DNA of 64,000 nt from Phoronis australis (lineage: Eukaryota > Animalia > Phoronida). Under the pieces are notes generated by a model, which did not search any database, was not told the origin of the DNA, and worked only from the letters and a program-made list of their open reading frames with translations. The position numbers and the translations under genes were made by a program. Shown here piece by piece: positions 62,560 to 64,000 of the stretch (positions within the stretch are counted from its first letter, which is position 1; every line of letters starts with the position of its first letter). The DNA lies in contig NMRA01000232.1 of the NCBI GenBank assembly GCA_002633005.1, positions 484,866 to 548,865 on the forward strand, given 5' to 3'.

Positions 62560-64000
62560 CAAGTGTTTTAAAGTGGACTTGTTGAGTTTTTTTTGTCAGT
62601 TCGCCCTTCTTTTCAATCAATTGAGTAATCTTCAATTAAAAACAAGTCAAGGTTCACTGTTTCCACCGGATACGATCATCCATCTTCAAAACTTTCTGTC
62701 TGTGAAAAACATTCTCTGTATTTTGGAATTTCAACCATTGTGCTTGACTGGATCTTTTATAAACTTAAAAACTAGATGGACAAATGCGTCCACAATCTTA
62801 CAGATCTGACTCATTCTTCAGAAAGATCTGTACTCAAGAGGGACGTCGTCCACTATTAACAGAGCTAAGTCATGTTTGTTAATCTGATTTGTCATTTTTG
62901 GGGAATGATTGATATAATCAGTAGAACCATAGTAGAACATATATCTAAGGCAGGTTACGATTGATAGAATCGGTAGAGCCATCATAGCCTACAACATGTA
63001 TCTAAGGCAGGTTGTAACATGAAGATTGCATGTTGGATCCTTCATTAAGAGTTTAAAGTTTTCATGGACAACTACAAAGAAGGGTCATGGCAACGACTTG
63101 TTTTTCATAACCCCCTTCATTTGCCATTTTTTGCAGTGTTTCACACCTGCCGTGTCTCATTCTCAAGGTCTTCAGCTTATGTTCTGTGGTGGTATAACTG
63201 CGTCATTTTGTTCGGTTCCACTTGAGAATGAAACAAGTATGTCTCGAAATATAGGATTTTTAATCATGTCTCTTGGTCACGTGCTTCAACAATGTCCTTT
63301 GGAGTGTGGAATTTTATTTCGAGCATACGAACGGAACGGAATAAAGACTGTTCATAACGACAAGAGTCGTGTATTTATTCAATATTGCACATCGGAAAAC
63401 TTGCTCCCGAATACAGTCATAATCAATTTATGAAAGCACACAATTTGATGCACTTTGGTGATTCCATTTTCAAGCATTCCGCGCCAAATTGTACCTAACA
63501 TTTTCTAGAAAGAAGTGTTTTTACATGCCAGTGAGGTTATCTGCAAAATTAAATAAGAAAAACATGATTTCATGTCGAAGCCGTTATGGTATAACTCAAA
63601 GTTTCCTACTGGTGGTAATGCTACTTGTTTCGAACGATGGTACGAGAAAGGAGTTATCTGGGCACGTGATGTTTTGGATAGTGGTGAATTTCTGTCTTAC
63701 CAAAACTTTTGTGTGAAATTTGTATTTCCCACTAATTACAAAATTTTACAATCTATTTGGATTCCTTCGGCCTATTTTATGTGCTTGTTACTATTCCAAG
63801 TCTTCCCAATTCCTTAAGAGTCTTATTTAGTGAGCATTCAAATAAAAAGTCTACACTCACTTAAAAGTAACGGTTATCATAGGCAACAAAATCTGACGTC
63901 AAGTGGGAAAACCGGTTTCAATTTAGACTATCACATACAATTATTGTTGACACGACTTTGTTCTGTTTTTACGAGTTTAATTTCGGTTCTTTCAAACTCT
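62560..64000 (+). mobile_element. Degenerate L1/Tx1-clade LINE ORF2 fragment
   Basis: Frameshifted pieces SFIKSLKFSW (~63040) and PLWYNSKF...CFERWYEKGVIWARDVLDSGEFLSYQNFCVKF (63572-63730) match the post-RT region of Tx1-type ORF2. Boundaries are approximate. Confidence 0.75.

Overview
AT-rich, gene-poor animal genomic DNA, probably a marine invertebrate (inferred from spliceosomal introns, CR1-, Tx1- and RTE-X-like LINE relics, tRNA-derived SINEs, many MITEs and TACATGTA enrichment). Nearly all ORF-track entries are spurious. One intact gene is well supported, on the + strand. It has a CRE/TATA/Inr promoter at ~45.9 kb, a signal-peptide exon (46159-46210), a 7.1-kb phase-1 intron and a second coding exon (53315-53520). 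The product is an 85-aa precursor: signal, propeptide, KR site, then a 40-aa, 8-Cys mature peptide. That peptide resembles the elafin/WAP four-disulfide core but has a rearranged cysteine framework (CxC...C...C...C-x3-CC-x3-C), which makes it a candidate new toxin, defence or protease-inhibitor peptide type. The window also holds a decayed two-exon THAP-domain gene (- strand, 34.5-35.5 kb), a 1.2-kb non-autonomous DNA transposon with long TIRs and a 4-bp TSD, nested hAT-like MITEs, several fold-back elements, micro- and minisatellites, and a ~280-bp duplication around a single N that is probably an assembly artefact. All alignments and counts were done by eye; no database searches were run.
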